A stretch of 63,649 nt of DNA, counting the filler. It is 5 parts of 5 records of this genome, joined end to end, with 100 filler letters (N's around TTAATTAATTAA, not from the genome) between each part and the next. Parts side by side here need not be neighbours in the genome. Positions count along the whole stretch, not along the records: positions 1 to 13,113 come from DRR378314_359; positions 13,214 to 35,375 come from DRR378314_362; 3 more parts are not named here. One strand, given 5' to 3'. Shown piece after piece: positions 9,207 to 19,300 of the stretch. The notes beneath the pieces were generated by a model that was not told where the DNA came from, did no database searches, and worked only from the letters and a program-made list of their open reading frames with translations. The number at the start of each line of letters is the position of its first letter. Within the stretch, counting starts at the first letter, position 1. A program made the position numbers and the translations under genes.

Positions 9207-10187
9207 ATGAAGGCTCTTACACTTGCTGCTACAACACTGATCGCCGCGACAGCAGCCGCTGCGGATACACCTGAACTTGTTGTTTACACCTACGACAGCT
9301 TTGTCGCTGACTGGGGCCCCGGCCCACAGATCGAAAAGGCGTTTGAGGAAACCTGTGGCTGTGATTTGAAATTTGTCGGCAATGGCGATGGCGCAGCCTT
9401 GCTGGCGCGGCTCAAGCTGGAGGGCGCACGCACGGATGCGGATCTGGTGCTGGGGCTGGACACCAGCCTGATCGCGGCGGCCAAGGAAACGGAGCTGTTC
9501 GCCACAACGGAAGTCACGGCCGATTATGCCTTGCCGGTGGATTGGGCCGACACGACATTTGCGCCTTATGACTGGGGCTATTTCGCCTTTGTCCACAACA
9601 AGGATCTGGAGGCTCCGGCAAACTTCAAGGCGCTGGGCGAGAGCGATTTGAAAATCGTAATTCAGGACCCGCGGTCATCGACGCCGGGTCTGGGCCTGCT
9701 GATGTGGGTCAAGGATGTATACGGCGACGAGGCCCCGGCGATTTGGGAAGCACTGGCGGATAACGTTGTGACCGTGACCAAAGGCTGGTCAGAGGCTTAC
9801 GGTCTGTTCCTTGAGGGTGAGGCGGATATGGTGCTGTCCTATACGACTTCACCTGCCTATCACATCATCGCGGAAGAGGATGAAACCAAAGCGGCGGCGA
9901 TCTTTGATGAGGGTCATTATATGCAGATCGAGGTTGTCGGGCGTCTGGCCGGATCGGACCAGCCGGAGCTGGCGGCAGAGTTCATGCAATTTATGGTGTC
10001 GGATGCGGCGCAGACGATCCTGCCGACAACCAACTGGATGTATCCGGCGGTGATGCCATCGGGTGGTTTGGCCACAGGGTTCGAGGAATTGGTCACACCC
10101 GAAAACGCCCGTCTGATCGAAGCGGATAAAGTGCCTGCATTGCGCGATGAGGCATTGGCCGAATGGCTTTCCGCGCTCTCGCAGTAA
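9207..10187 (+). CDS. thiB: Thiamine ABC transporter substrate-binding protein
   Basis: Signal peptide, YTYDSF..WGPGP, DPRSSTPGLG, GWSEAYGLF and SYTTSPAYH; GGAGG RBS before ATG 9207. Confidence 0.95.
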   Translation: MKALTLAATTLIAATAAAADTPELVVYTYDSFVADWGPGPQIEKAFEETCGCDLKFVGNGDGAALLARLKLEGARTDADLVLGLDTSLIAAAKETELFATTEVTADYALPVDWADTTFAPYDWGYFAFVHNKDLEAPANFKALGESDLKIVIQDPRSSTPGLGLLMWVKDVYGDEAPAIWEALADNVVTVTKGWSEAYGLFLEGEADMVLSYTTSPAYHIIAEEDETKAAAIFDEGHYMQIEVVGRLAGSDQPELAAEFMQFMVSDAAQTILPTTNWMYPAVMPSGGLATGFEELVTPENARLIEADKVPALRDEALAEWLSALSQ

Positions 10188-11719
10188 GTACAAAATCTGG
10201 GATCAGCGCAGCGGCTTTGGTTGTTGTGTTGATCCTTGGCGCGCTTGTCGCCGTGATGTCGCGGGCAGAGGCGGGTGCGGGGATCGCCGTCTCTGATTGG
10301 AGCGCGTTGCGCTTCACGGTTTGGCAGGCGTTTTTATCTGCGATACTATCGGTAGTTCTGGCGGTGCCGTTGGCGCGTGCCCTAGCGCGACGACGGTTTG
10401 CCGGGCGCGCTATTCTGGTCACGCTTTTGGGTGCACCGTTTATTTTGCCTGTCATTGTGGCGGTCCTTGGTTTGCTGACCATTTTCGGCAGAAGCGGCTG
10501 GCTGAACGCAGTGCTGACGCAGCTCGGTCTGCCGCCGGTGTCGATCTACGGATTACACGGCGTTGTGCTGGCGCATGTGTTTTTTAACCTCCCGCTGGCG
10601 ACACGGCTGTTGCTGCAAGGGTGGCAGGCTGTGCCGGCGGAGCGGTTTCGGCTGGCCGCGCAACTGCGCCTGACGCCATGGGCAATGTTTCGGGTGATCG
10701 AAGTGCCGCTGCTGCGCCAGATCGTGCCGGGGGTGGCGGCGTTGATATTTGTAATTTGCCTGACCAGCTTCGCGGTGGCGCTGACGCTGGGTGGCGGGCC
10801 GAAGGCGACAACGCTGGAACTGGCAATCTATCAGGCGTTCCGGTTTGACTTTGATCTGAGCCGTGCGGCCCTGCTGTCTGTTGTGCAACTGGTCGTGGCA
10901 GGGGGGGCTGCGCTGCTGGCGCTATGGATCATTCCGGTGATGTCGATTGGTGGCGGGCAGGATCGGCCACAGCAGCGCTGGGATGCGCGGGGCGGGGTGC
11001 AGGCGGTGCTGGATCTGGCGGTGATCGCACTGGGTGCCGGGTTTCTGGTGCTGCCGCTGATTGCTGTTGTGCTGCGCGGAGCGATGGGTGTGATGCAGAT
11101 GCCGATGACGGTCTGGACTGCGGCGGGATCATCGTTGTTCGTGGCCTTGATCAGTGTGCTGGTCCTGACGCTTCTGGCGTTGCCGATGGCCGGGTGGATC
11201 GCGTCGAAACGGGCGGGCGGGGTTGAGGCGATTGGCCTGCTGGGGCTGTCTGCCTCGCCGCTGATGATTGGGACGGGATGGTTTATCGTGATCAATCCGG
11301 TGATGAACCCTGCGGATCTGGCCCTGCCGGTGACGGCGCTGGTCAATGCCTTGATGGCCTTGCCGTTTTGTCTGCGCATTATCGTGCCGCGTCTGCGGGA
11401 TACGGTGATGGATTTTGGCCGTCTTAGCGCGGGTTTGGGTCTGCGTGGCTGGCCCTTGTGGCGCTGGGTGATCCTGCCGCGACTGGCCCCGCAACTGGGG
11501 TTTGCGGCAGGTTTGACGGGGGCGTTGTCGATGGGGGACCTTGGTGTGATCGCCTTGTTTGCAGATACTGAACGCGCAACCTTGCCCTTGCAGATGTATC
11601 GTTTGATGGGGGCCTACCGGATGGAAGCGGCAGCGGGTGCGGCATTGGTTTTATTGGTGCTGGCGTTGGGCATCTTCTGGGTCTGTGATGCCATGGGGAG
11701 ACGTTATGCTGCGGCTTGA
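10163..11719 (+). CDS. thiP: Thiamine ABC transporter permease
   Basis: Duplicated permease with FTVWQA, LAHVFFNLPL, GGGPKATTLE and SMGDLG; lies between thiB and thiQ. Confidence 0.93.
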   Translation: MAFRALAVSTKSGISAAALVVVLILGALVAVMSRAEAGAGIAVSDWSALRFTVWQAFLSAILSVVLAVPLARALARRRFAGRAILVTLLGAPFILPVIVAVLGLLTIFGRSGWLNAVLTQLGLPPVSIYGLHGVVLAHVFFNLPLATRLLLQGWQAVPAERFRLAAQLRLTPWAMFRVIEVPLLRQIVPGVAALIFVICLTSFAVALTLGGGPKATTLELAIYQAFRFDFDLSRAALLSVVQLVVAGGAALLALWIIPVMSIGGGQDRPQQRWDARGGVQAVLDLAVIALGAGFLVLPLIAVVLRGAMGVMQMPMTVWTAAGSSLFVALISVLVLTLLALPMAGWIASKRAGGVEAIGLLGLSASPLMIGTGWFIVINPVMNPADLALPVTALVNALMALPFCLRIIVPRLRDTVMDFGRLSAGLGLRGWPLWRWVILPRLAPQLGFAAGLTGALSMGDLGVIALFADTERATLPLQMYRLMGAYRMEAAAGAALVLLVLALGIFWVCDAMGRRYAAA

Positions 11720-12398
11720 AGGATTTGAAATTGTGCTGGGCGCGTTTCGCATGACGACGGATATGACGCTGGAGCAGGGGCGCAAATATGCAGTGATCGG
11801 TCCCTCAGGGGCGGGAAAATCCACATTGCTGGGGGCGCTTTGTGGATTTGTACCTTTGGCGCAGGGGCGTCTGTTCTGGCAGGAACGCGAGATTACGGAT
11901 GCGGACCCCGGAGCGCGGCCAATGACGATGTTGTTTCAGGACAACAGCCTGTTTCCGCATCTGACTGTGACGCAGAATGTTGGTTTGGGGATCAGGCCGG
12001 ATTTGCGGCTGAACGCGCAGGAGCAGACGCGGGTGGCGCAGGCCCTGGCACGTGTTGGGCTGGCAGATCAAGCGGGTAAGAAACCCGGCGCGCTCTCTGG
12101 CGGGCAACAAAGCCGTGCAGCGCTGGCGCGGGTGCTGGTGCAAGCGCGGCCTTGGGTACTGCTGGACGAACCCTTTGCGGCATTGGGACCGGCTTTGCGC
12201 AACGAAATGTTGGATCTGGTGCAGGATCTGGTGGCGGAAACCGGGGCGGGGTTGATCATGGTGACCCATGCGCCCGAAGATGTGCGTCGGATTGCGGATG
12301 AGGTGGTATTTGTCAGTGCGGGGCAGGCAGAGGCCCCGAAACCGGCGGTGGAACTGATGGAGAATCCGCCGCCGGAGTTACGCGCGTACCTTGGTTAG
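11706..12398 (+). CDS. thiQ: Thiamine ABC transporter ATP-binding protein
   Basis: GPSGAGKST, LFQDNSLFPHL, LSGGQQSR, LLDEPF and VTH; ATG at 11706 overlaps the thiP end. Confidence 0.93.
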   Translation: MLRLEGFEIVLGAFRMTTDMTLEQGRKYAVIGPSGAGKSTLLGALCGFVPLAQGRLFWQEREITDADPGARPMTMLFQDNSLFPHLTVTQNVGLGIRPDLRLNAQEQTRVAQALARVGLADQAGKKPGALSGGQQSRAALARVLVQARPWVLLDEPFAALGPALRNEMLDLVQDLVAETGAGLIMVTHAPEDVRRIADEVVFVSAGQAEAPKPAVELMENPPPELRAYLG

Positions 12399-12449
12399 GC
12401 GCGCACGGGTTTTGAAAACGTCGGCAGGCTTTCTTTAAGAGAAAGCGCT

Positions 12450-12899
12450 TCAGGCTGCGACAGTGTCATGGGCCTCGAGAATCGCAAGTGCGGCTGATGC
12501 AGCTTCGCGGCCTTTGGTGACAAAATGCGCACGATAGATCGCATTGTGATGGTCGGTTTCCTGATACTGGTGCGGGGTAAGGGAGACCGACAGCACCGGC
12601 ACGCCGGTATCAAGACCCACGCGCATCAACCCGTCAACCACGGCGCTGGCAACAAAATCATGCCGGTAAATGCCGCCATCGACGACAAAGGCAGCGCAGA
12701 TGACCGCGTCATATTTCCCGGTCAGCGCCAGCTTTTGCGCCATCAGGGGCATTTCGAAGGCACCAGGCACATCAAAGGTTTCAATCTGGCTAAGGGGAAT
12801 CGTTTCGGTGAACCCATCCAGACTGCGGTCGACGATATCGGCGTGCCACTGTGCTTTGATGAATGCGAAACGGGCGGGGGCGTGAAGGCCATGTGTCAT
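12450..12899 (-). CDS. ribH: 6,7-dimethyl-8-ribityllumazine synthase, type II (RibH2-like)
   Basis: KAQWHADIV, VPGAFEMP, DGGIYRHDFVA, VPVLSVSLTPH and KGREAA (type II motifs); AAGGAG RBS before ATG 12899. Confidence 0.92.
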   Translation of the reverse strand: MTHGLHAPARFAFIKAQWHADIVDRSLDGFTETIPLSQIETFDVPGAFEMPLMAQKLALTGKYDAVICAAFVVDGGIYRHDFVASAVVDGLMRVGLDTGVPVLSVSLTPHQYQETDHHNAIYRAHFVTKGREAASAALAILEAHDTVAA

Positions 12900-12980
12900 G
12901 ATGCGTTCTCCTTTAGGTTCAGACACGTCCACCCAAGGCGATCACGTATCGACACACGGCAAGCCGGGCATCAACACGCA

Positions 12981-13113
12981 TTCTCTTTCATCCGGACTAT
13001 GACCGTCGGCTCTGGAATTTGACCAGATCTGCTGACACCTCGTGAAAGGCCGCTCGCGGGCTTGTGGGTGTACCCACCTACCGCCGGTGGGGAATTGCAC
13101 CCCGCCCTGAGAA
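12981..13113 (-). ncRNA. FMN (RFN) riboswitch
   Basis: Reverse complement TTCTCAGGGCGGGGTGCAATTCCCCACCGGCGGT..AGCCCGCGAGCG..GTCAGCAGATCTGGT..TCCAGAGCCGACGGTCATAGTCCGGATGAAAGAG is a canonical RFN element upstream of ribH. Confidence 0.96.
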
Positions 13114-13213
13114 NNNNNNNNNNNNNNNNNNNNNNNNNNNNNNNNNNNNNNNNNNNNTTAATTAATTAANNNNNNNNNNNNNNNNNNNNNNNNNNNNNNN
13201 NNNNNNNNNNNNN
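13114..13213. other. Artificial contig linker
   Basis: N-run + TTAATTAATTAA (stops in all six frames) + N-run. Confidence 0.98.
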
Positions 13214-13239
13214 TCTCTCTCTCTCTCTCTCTCTCTCTC
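13214..13239 (+). repeat. (TC)n microsatellite at the contig end
   Basis: Uninterrupted TC repeat directly after the linker. Confidence 0.9.
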
Positions 13240-13609
13240 GTTCGCACACGGGCTTTGGTAGGAACTATCAACGTCGCATGTGGCGTCAACGGTACTCGAT
13301 CGTACGTGGAGAGCAATATCGAGTCGATCACTGTTCGATTTTCTCACCGAGGTGCGAAGTTTTTCCTCTGAAACACGCGAGCTATCGCAGAGCACAAGGA
13401 AGAAAGCAGAAGGTGCTTCTTTCGCGTTCCTTTGACGCAGCTAGTGCTCCCCGTGAATCGTTTCAATGCCATGGGAGAAAGCGCGCTCGGGGGTTTTTGC
13501 CACATTTTTGCACTTTTGTACGAGATGGATGCGACTTGTGTTTTGTTGCTCTGCTGCTAAACCAAGTTCCTCTCCGTGTCGCCGCTGTGCCGTACATTAC
13601 GTGCTCCAG

Positions 13610-15789
13610 GTTGTCACTGTTGATTATGTGATGCGAAAGCTGCAGCTGAGTCACGAGAAGTTCCGCAAGGTTCAGCTTGACATCGATCACGTGTTGTCCC
13701 TCGGTCGCTCCGTCTGGCGCTCTTTCCAAGTTTCCGCGCGAGTTTTCGAGCAACAACGTCGTTTGATGAACCTTCTGAGTCTACCTACTTTTCGAAATAC
13801 CGATAAAGGGCTGCGACGTGATATGAATGGCCCCTTTCGGTCCATCGAGATCAGCGGCGGGCTGCGGTTCTCCTTCGGTGCCGCCGATCCGCCCACTCTC
13901 GCGCTCGACGAGCCACTCACCATCTGCGCAGGTGCGAACGAGCCTCGAGGTGCAAACTAAAACGCAAGATCGCAAGAGGAACCATCAGTTCTTGCCAAGA
14001 TCAGAAGACCGCGAAGGAAGCATAGAGTGATCTGTGCATCTCACTGTGTCTGAGTACAAACACACGTTCGAACATCGTATGCGCGAATTCGATTCTCGTG
14101 CTTGTACTTCGAAAGCAGGAAAAATCTACAAAATCTTCCTCTATATAACCCTTTGCGAAAACTGTTCGCTGTTTATGTGGTGTTAGCGCAAAAATTGTCG
14201 TTGGCATCTCGAAGTTCGATGTCTTTCTGTTGTATTGCGTCATGTATCACCTGTATCTCGCTGCACCGCATCTGCGCACGTTGGTACATTTTGTGTTTCT
14301 GTCCACAAGAAAGTGCAGAATTTCCTCATATGACGTGTACTTCGCCCGTGTTCCGGTTCTCGTGCAGGGCAAATGTATGCTCTGGTCGGGCATAATCAAG
14401 CGGGAAAGAGCACGTTGGCGCATCTGCTCTGCCGCATGTACGATCCCGATGAAGGATCGATTCGCATCAATTCGATCCCGTACACTGCGATCGCGCGAGA
14501 GTTTATACGAGATACCGTTGTATACGTCTCACAGGCACGTTTGCATTCTTCACAAGCTACAACCCGCACACGCGCTTGGTTACGTAGTCAACTTACTGGA
14601 TAGAGGAGCGAGATCTCTTTCCATGTAATACACGTGTGCATAGTGAAAAGAGAGAATCGTGTCGAGTTTCGGCAGATCTTCGAACCGTCCGGGCTTTGTT
14701 GCGTGTGACGCTCCAGCGACCACAATTCTAGGAACAGTGGCGGCCTACGCACGACTTTGCTTACGAAATCTTTACCACCCGCGTATCCGCATACTTGTAT
14801 GTAGCGACCTTTTATTTTCCCCGGAACTGTACGTGAGAATATCGCGATATCTCGCGCAAGTGCTTCGGAAGCGGATATTCGCGCTGCCGCGCGCGCAGCA
14901 GGCATCTTTGCGCTTGGTGCAGAAGGAGCTCATTGCCCAGAACAGACGCAGCCCATACAGTACAACGGAGAAGGTGTCCATAGCACTGTACGTTTTTTTC
15001 TTCCTTCACATTTGTTACTTGACAAATGTTTATGGGCGAATGGGCGATTGGTATAGGGGAAGGACACGAGAAAATGGTTTCCCCGTGGACGATGAGGATA
15101 CTTCGAGGAACTTGCTGCAGAGGATGTCCCGTACTCGTTCGGCACTCCCGACCTGCGTGCCTCTCATCGTATCCACTTGAACCAAAACATTACAGTGCTT
15201 GAAAACGTGCTTTATATTGTTGAAAGGATATATAATTCTATTGCATATAATATTTTCGTTTATGTTGCCGCTTTGGGTACGCTTTTCCTCGGCGACAAGG
15301 TAGACATTCTGCGTCCACATGAGCTACGGCATCTGTGCCAATTGTTGTTGGGAAGTTGCTGCGAAAGACTCTGCCTGATTATCATTCGTTCCTACAATTT
15401 CGCTTGTTTCCAACCCAATTTCGTTGCGAAGTATAAAATGGATACTTTGTAGTGAATCGCAGTAAAGTCTCTGAAATATCCTCATTCGCTGATTCTTTCG
15501 TATCTGTATTTCTATTGTCGCTTCGGTTTCCCGCGTGCTGTTCCAGCAGGAATGCGACGAAGATTCCATTTTGAACAGAGATTGTGGTCAGAATGGAAGT
15601 GCACTGAGCGGCGGATTCATTCAGAGTGTTGCTCTGGCGCGCGCATTCCTCAAAAATGCAAGCGTCCTGATTCTGGATGAATCAATGTCGCAGATGGACG
15701 CATACAAGCGTAGACACGTGGTGTGGCCGCAGCTCTTGCGCGTAGTGAAGCAGAGAAGGATCGCTCTCGTGTTGATCACACATGATGCG
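13610..15789 (+). CDS. Eukaryotic multi-exon ABC transporter, ABCB/ABCC-like nucleotide-binding domain (partial; ends approximate)
   Basis: Spliced pieces: ..LTICAG|QMYALVGHNQAGKST (Walker A, ~14370), YVSQ|RPFIFPGTVRENI (Q-loop, 14805), GSALSGGFIQSVALARAFLKNASVLILDES..LITHD (signature, Walker B, H-loop, ~15550-15790). Confidence 0.8.
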
Positions 15790-16379
15790 GTAAGAGTACT
15801 GCCCCGAAGCGCTTCCTGGGCCATACAAGACCAGATCTTTTAAACATACGGCAACATTCTTATACAGCTTGCGGCAAATTTACAGAATCAATGCAAGGGC
15901 GTTTCTTCTATCCATGAAGTATGATGATTTTCCGACTAGCGGGGGGCGCTGCGCCTGCAAGCTCTGCATTGCCCTACGCTATCGATGCCCAGTGCTCTGT
16001 GATTTTTTTTTTGTGGGAAATAAGCGAGGACGAAAGATCCTGAGTTAAGCAATCTTTGGCAATATACTCGCGCACATTACAATATTTCTATGAGATGATG
16101 CCCTTTGCATTGGTGTCTTTGATGTTAATGCATAGGAAGTGAGGTTTCACGCCGCTGGCCACTGGCGACCAGCCCATGTGCTACGATGTCCCAGAATGGA
16201 ACAGAGCCACCAGTGCCGCTTTCGCCGTACTCGCTGTCGCGTTTGCAGTAACTCACGCGGTCGCTACGTGGTCGTATCTTTCCTCCCTTTATAGTGGAAT
16301 CTCGGAGATTTTGATAAAATTATAGTTTTGGAGAGGGGCAGAGTGGCTGCACAAGGGAGCCAAGGGGAACTTGAGCAGG

Positions 16380-19300
16380 AAAAGGCACCGGCCTACCTCG
16401 CTCTTGGCGACGCTGACGCAAAACCGGAGCACGACTCGCACGGAAGCGACGAAAGCGGCCATGCCACTGCGGAAGACGGCCCTGCGTAAGATAGCATCTT
16501 CAACTATTTTTATAAAAATTATGTGAATGCCATGGTCATTTAGAATACACGCGGCCGAGATGAACGTGGTGCTGCATAGTGCCGCAAATGCTGGACAAGT
16601 GATACGCAACGTTCGCAGAACATTTTGCATGTGCGCCTTCCGTGAACGACAGTAGAGATGAGCAAGACATCCACTTGAGTGCTCCCGAGAGCAAAATGCA
16701 TGCATTTTTTCCTGTCATGTATGAAAAACATATCAGCATTTTTTGCGCATAAACGCGTTGCGTAGAATATAAAAGCAAGACGATTCAGAGACCGAGAGCA
16801 ATAAAGCCCTACAAGAAAGGAAGCGGACGAGAACGTACTCGCAGGCTTTGCGCAGCTTCATCCCGAACCGACTACAGGGAGGGCAGAGGTGGGCAAACGT
16901 GGTCGTTTGACCAGTGGCAATCGAACACATTGCCAAGGGCTACAAAGAAACTTTTCAATTCGTCGAATGTACAAGAAGGCGCAAGACGCGCAGCCTTTAT
17001 CGCATTGTTGAGCGGAAAAATACAGGATTGCAAGGACAAAGAGCGCTCCGTATCGACTCAGAGCGATGCAGATTCGCCCATCTACAACAGACAGTGATAA
17101 TCCCGCGAAACCCAAGCACCGGCTCAAGGACAAGATTCGAACCGAGAGAAACGAATGTCGCAGATCCTGCCTCTTTTCTTTGCTGAAACACGATTTCACC
17201 GAACATATGAGAAACAGAACCAGTAGCTCGCAGAAGACTATTTCCCGCCCTTTTCACCTGCAGCTGCTGCAGCCACGTCTCTCCCGCATTCTGCTGCAGC
17301 AAACATACAAACGAGCGATCATCTCTTCCATAGCAACAGCGAGCACGCACAAAGTCGCAAGAATTCACGCACGCTCATCCCCCTGTTTAGCAACAAACCT
17401 CATCGTTCTCATCATCCTCTTCGTCAGCCGTGTCGTACGATTCGTCGGCGGAACTGTACGAGCTGTCCGACGCGACCGACGCCGAGCGGCGATACTGCGC
17501 TCCGCCAGCGAACACATCGCCTTCGCCAACATCGGCCTCTTCGGTAGATTCAGAGCGTCCCAGCCGCTCGAGTGAAAATATTCGTTTTCGCAGCGTCTGC
17601 AATGACCATTTTTATGCACCGATGAATACGTCGCCACACGGGAACGGTGAATCAGCCGCGGTACAGCGGCACGGGGGACGGGGCTTCCGCAATGCTCGCG
17701 CGTCGCGCAACACCCGACCATCGACAGAAGCACTCTACCCAAAACACAACGCGGAGAATGGACGTAAAAAAAAAACAGTTACAACATCCACTTCCCAAGA
17801 ATTGCAAGTATGCGTGAATACATGACACCTCGACGAAACCGCTCGGTGCTCGTACCTGTCTCTCTGCCAAGAGCGCGCTCTCGTCCTCCTGGGACTCGCG
17901 CAGCTGCCGCTCCAACCCCGCGACCTGCTCGAGCAATGCGCTATTCGCTTCGCGCGCTTTCCGCAGCTCATCTTTGGCGCCACGCAACGAGTCGTCTTTG
18001 TGACCTAGACGCTCGATCAGGCGCTTCCGTTCAAGCTCCAGCCCGTCGATTACTACGCAATTCGGTCGCCGACGGCAGCGATCCCCGGCGGTAGCAAAAG
18101 AGCATTACGTAAGAAAACCGAATTCGCCGCGAATCGCACTCGGTGACGCGTGACGCAGGGGAAAACAGGGTAGACTGTACATTAGACATAGCAGCAAAAA
18201 TACACACGTCCGTATTCGATACCAATTGACTCGCTACACTGAAAAGAAACACTGGTAGACACACTCGAATTTCTCCCAGAAGTGCATGAAGCAGCGCTTT
18301 GCTACAACAAGAGCTGTGAGTGTGAGAAGAAAGCCTGCGAGATGCATCGGCCAGAGCTTGCGCAAATCCTCCACAGCGCTCATTTGTGGGTCCTCGTACC
18401 TCGAGAAAACGCCGGTAGAACCAAATCAGCTTTTGTGGACACGCGCCTTGGTCGTACTATAATCGCTGTGATCTGGTTATCCCCGCGCGTTCCTTCCGGA
18501 TCAAGTGAGATTGCCGCTAGTCGAGCTAGTACCGGCTCGAGAGAGAGACTTCCGTGTCCTGTTTCGGCAATAGTGAGATTCCATCGACAACGAGGGACCA
18601 CAGACGCGAACCCGTTGAGGGAGGAGAAGAAATCGTTGGCACCGTGCAAGTACCCGCGCTAGGAAATGATGCACGTGTCCACCAGGAAGGTTTGTGTCAA
18701 TTACTAAGCACGAAAGACTATTGCGAGTAGTCTATGTATACGGTACAAGCGCTTGTCGTGAGCATGAGAAGCGAGTTTCCGCGCGCTGGACAGCGCCCGC
18801 TCGCCGAGCACTTTGCAGCGCGCATGCTCCTTGACACACAGCAAGAGTATCCCCCCCGCCCTCTCTCTATAATAGATTCACCGTTTCGTCCTACCATGCG
18901 ACGATGCAACGGAAATGCGGCGACAGGAGTGCCAATCGTTCATGTGCCGCACTGGCCGACGGAGAGCTATGCAGAGTCAGTACGATCACAATACTCATGC
19001 ACGCCGCCCAAACAATTGCCAACAACTCGTTTCAGAGCACAACACACGCCACATGCGACACAATCGCAGTGGATTTTCCCCTGCATGCGAGACATAGAGA
19101 CCGCTCAGGTGAACAATGCCTTCTACCGTCGCTCGTACCATCGTACAGCGCTGACGACCGCATCGGATCCCACACCGCACGAATGTAGTCCTCCAGATCG
19201 CGCACTGACGGAAACCGCAGGACAGCAGCACCGCGCACGCCTTTCCCTCTCCCCGGCACTGCGATTGGCGATGTTGTGCCACTGGCAGGGAACGACGGCG

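Noticed and set aside
13138..13149. TTAATTAATTAA recurring four times
   Set aside because: Flanked by N-runs of identical layout; an artificial six-frame stop linker, not a biological repeat or CRISPR.
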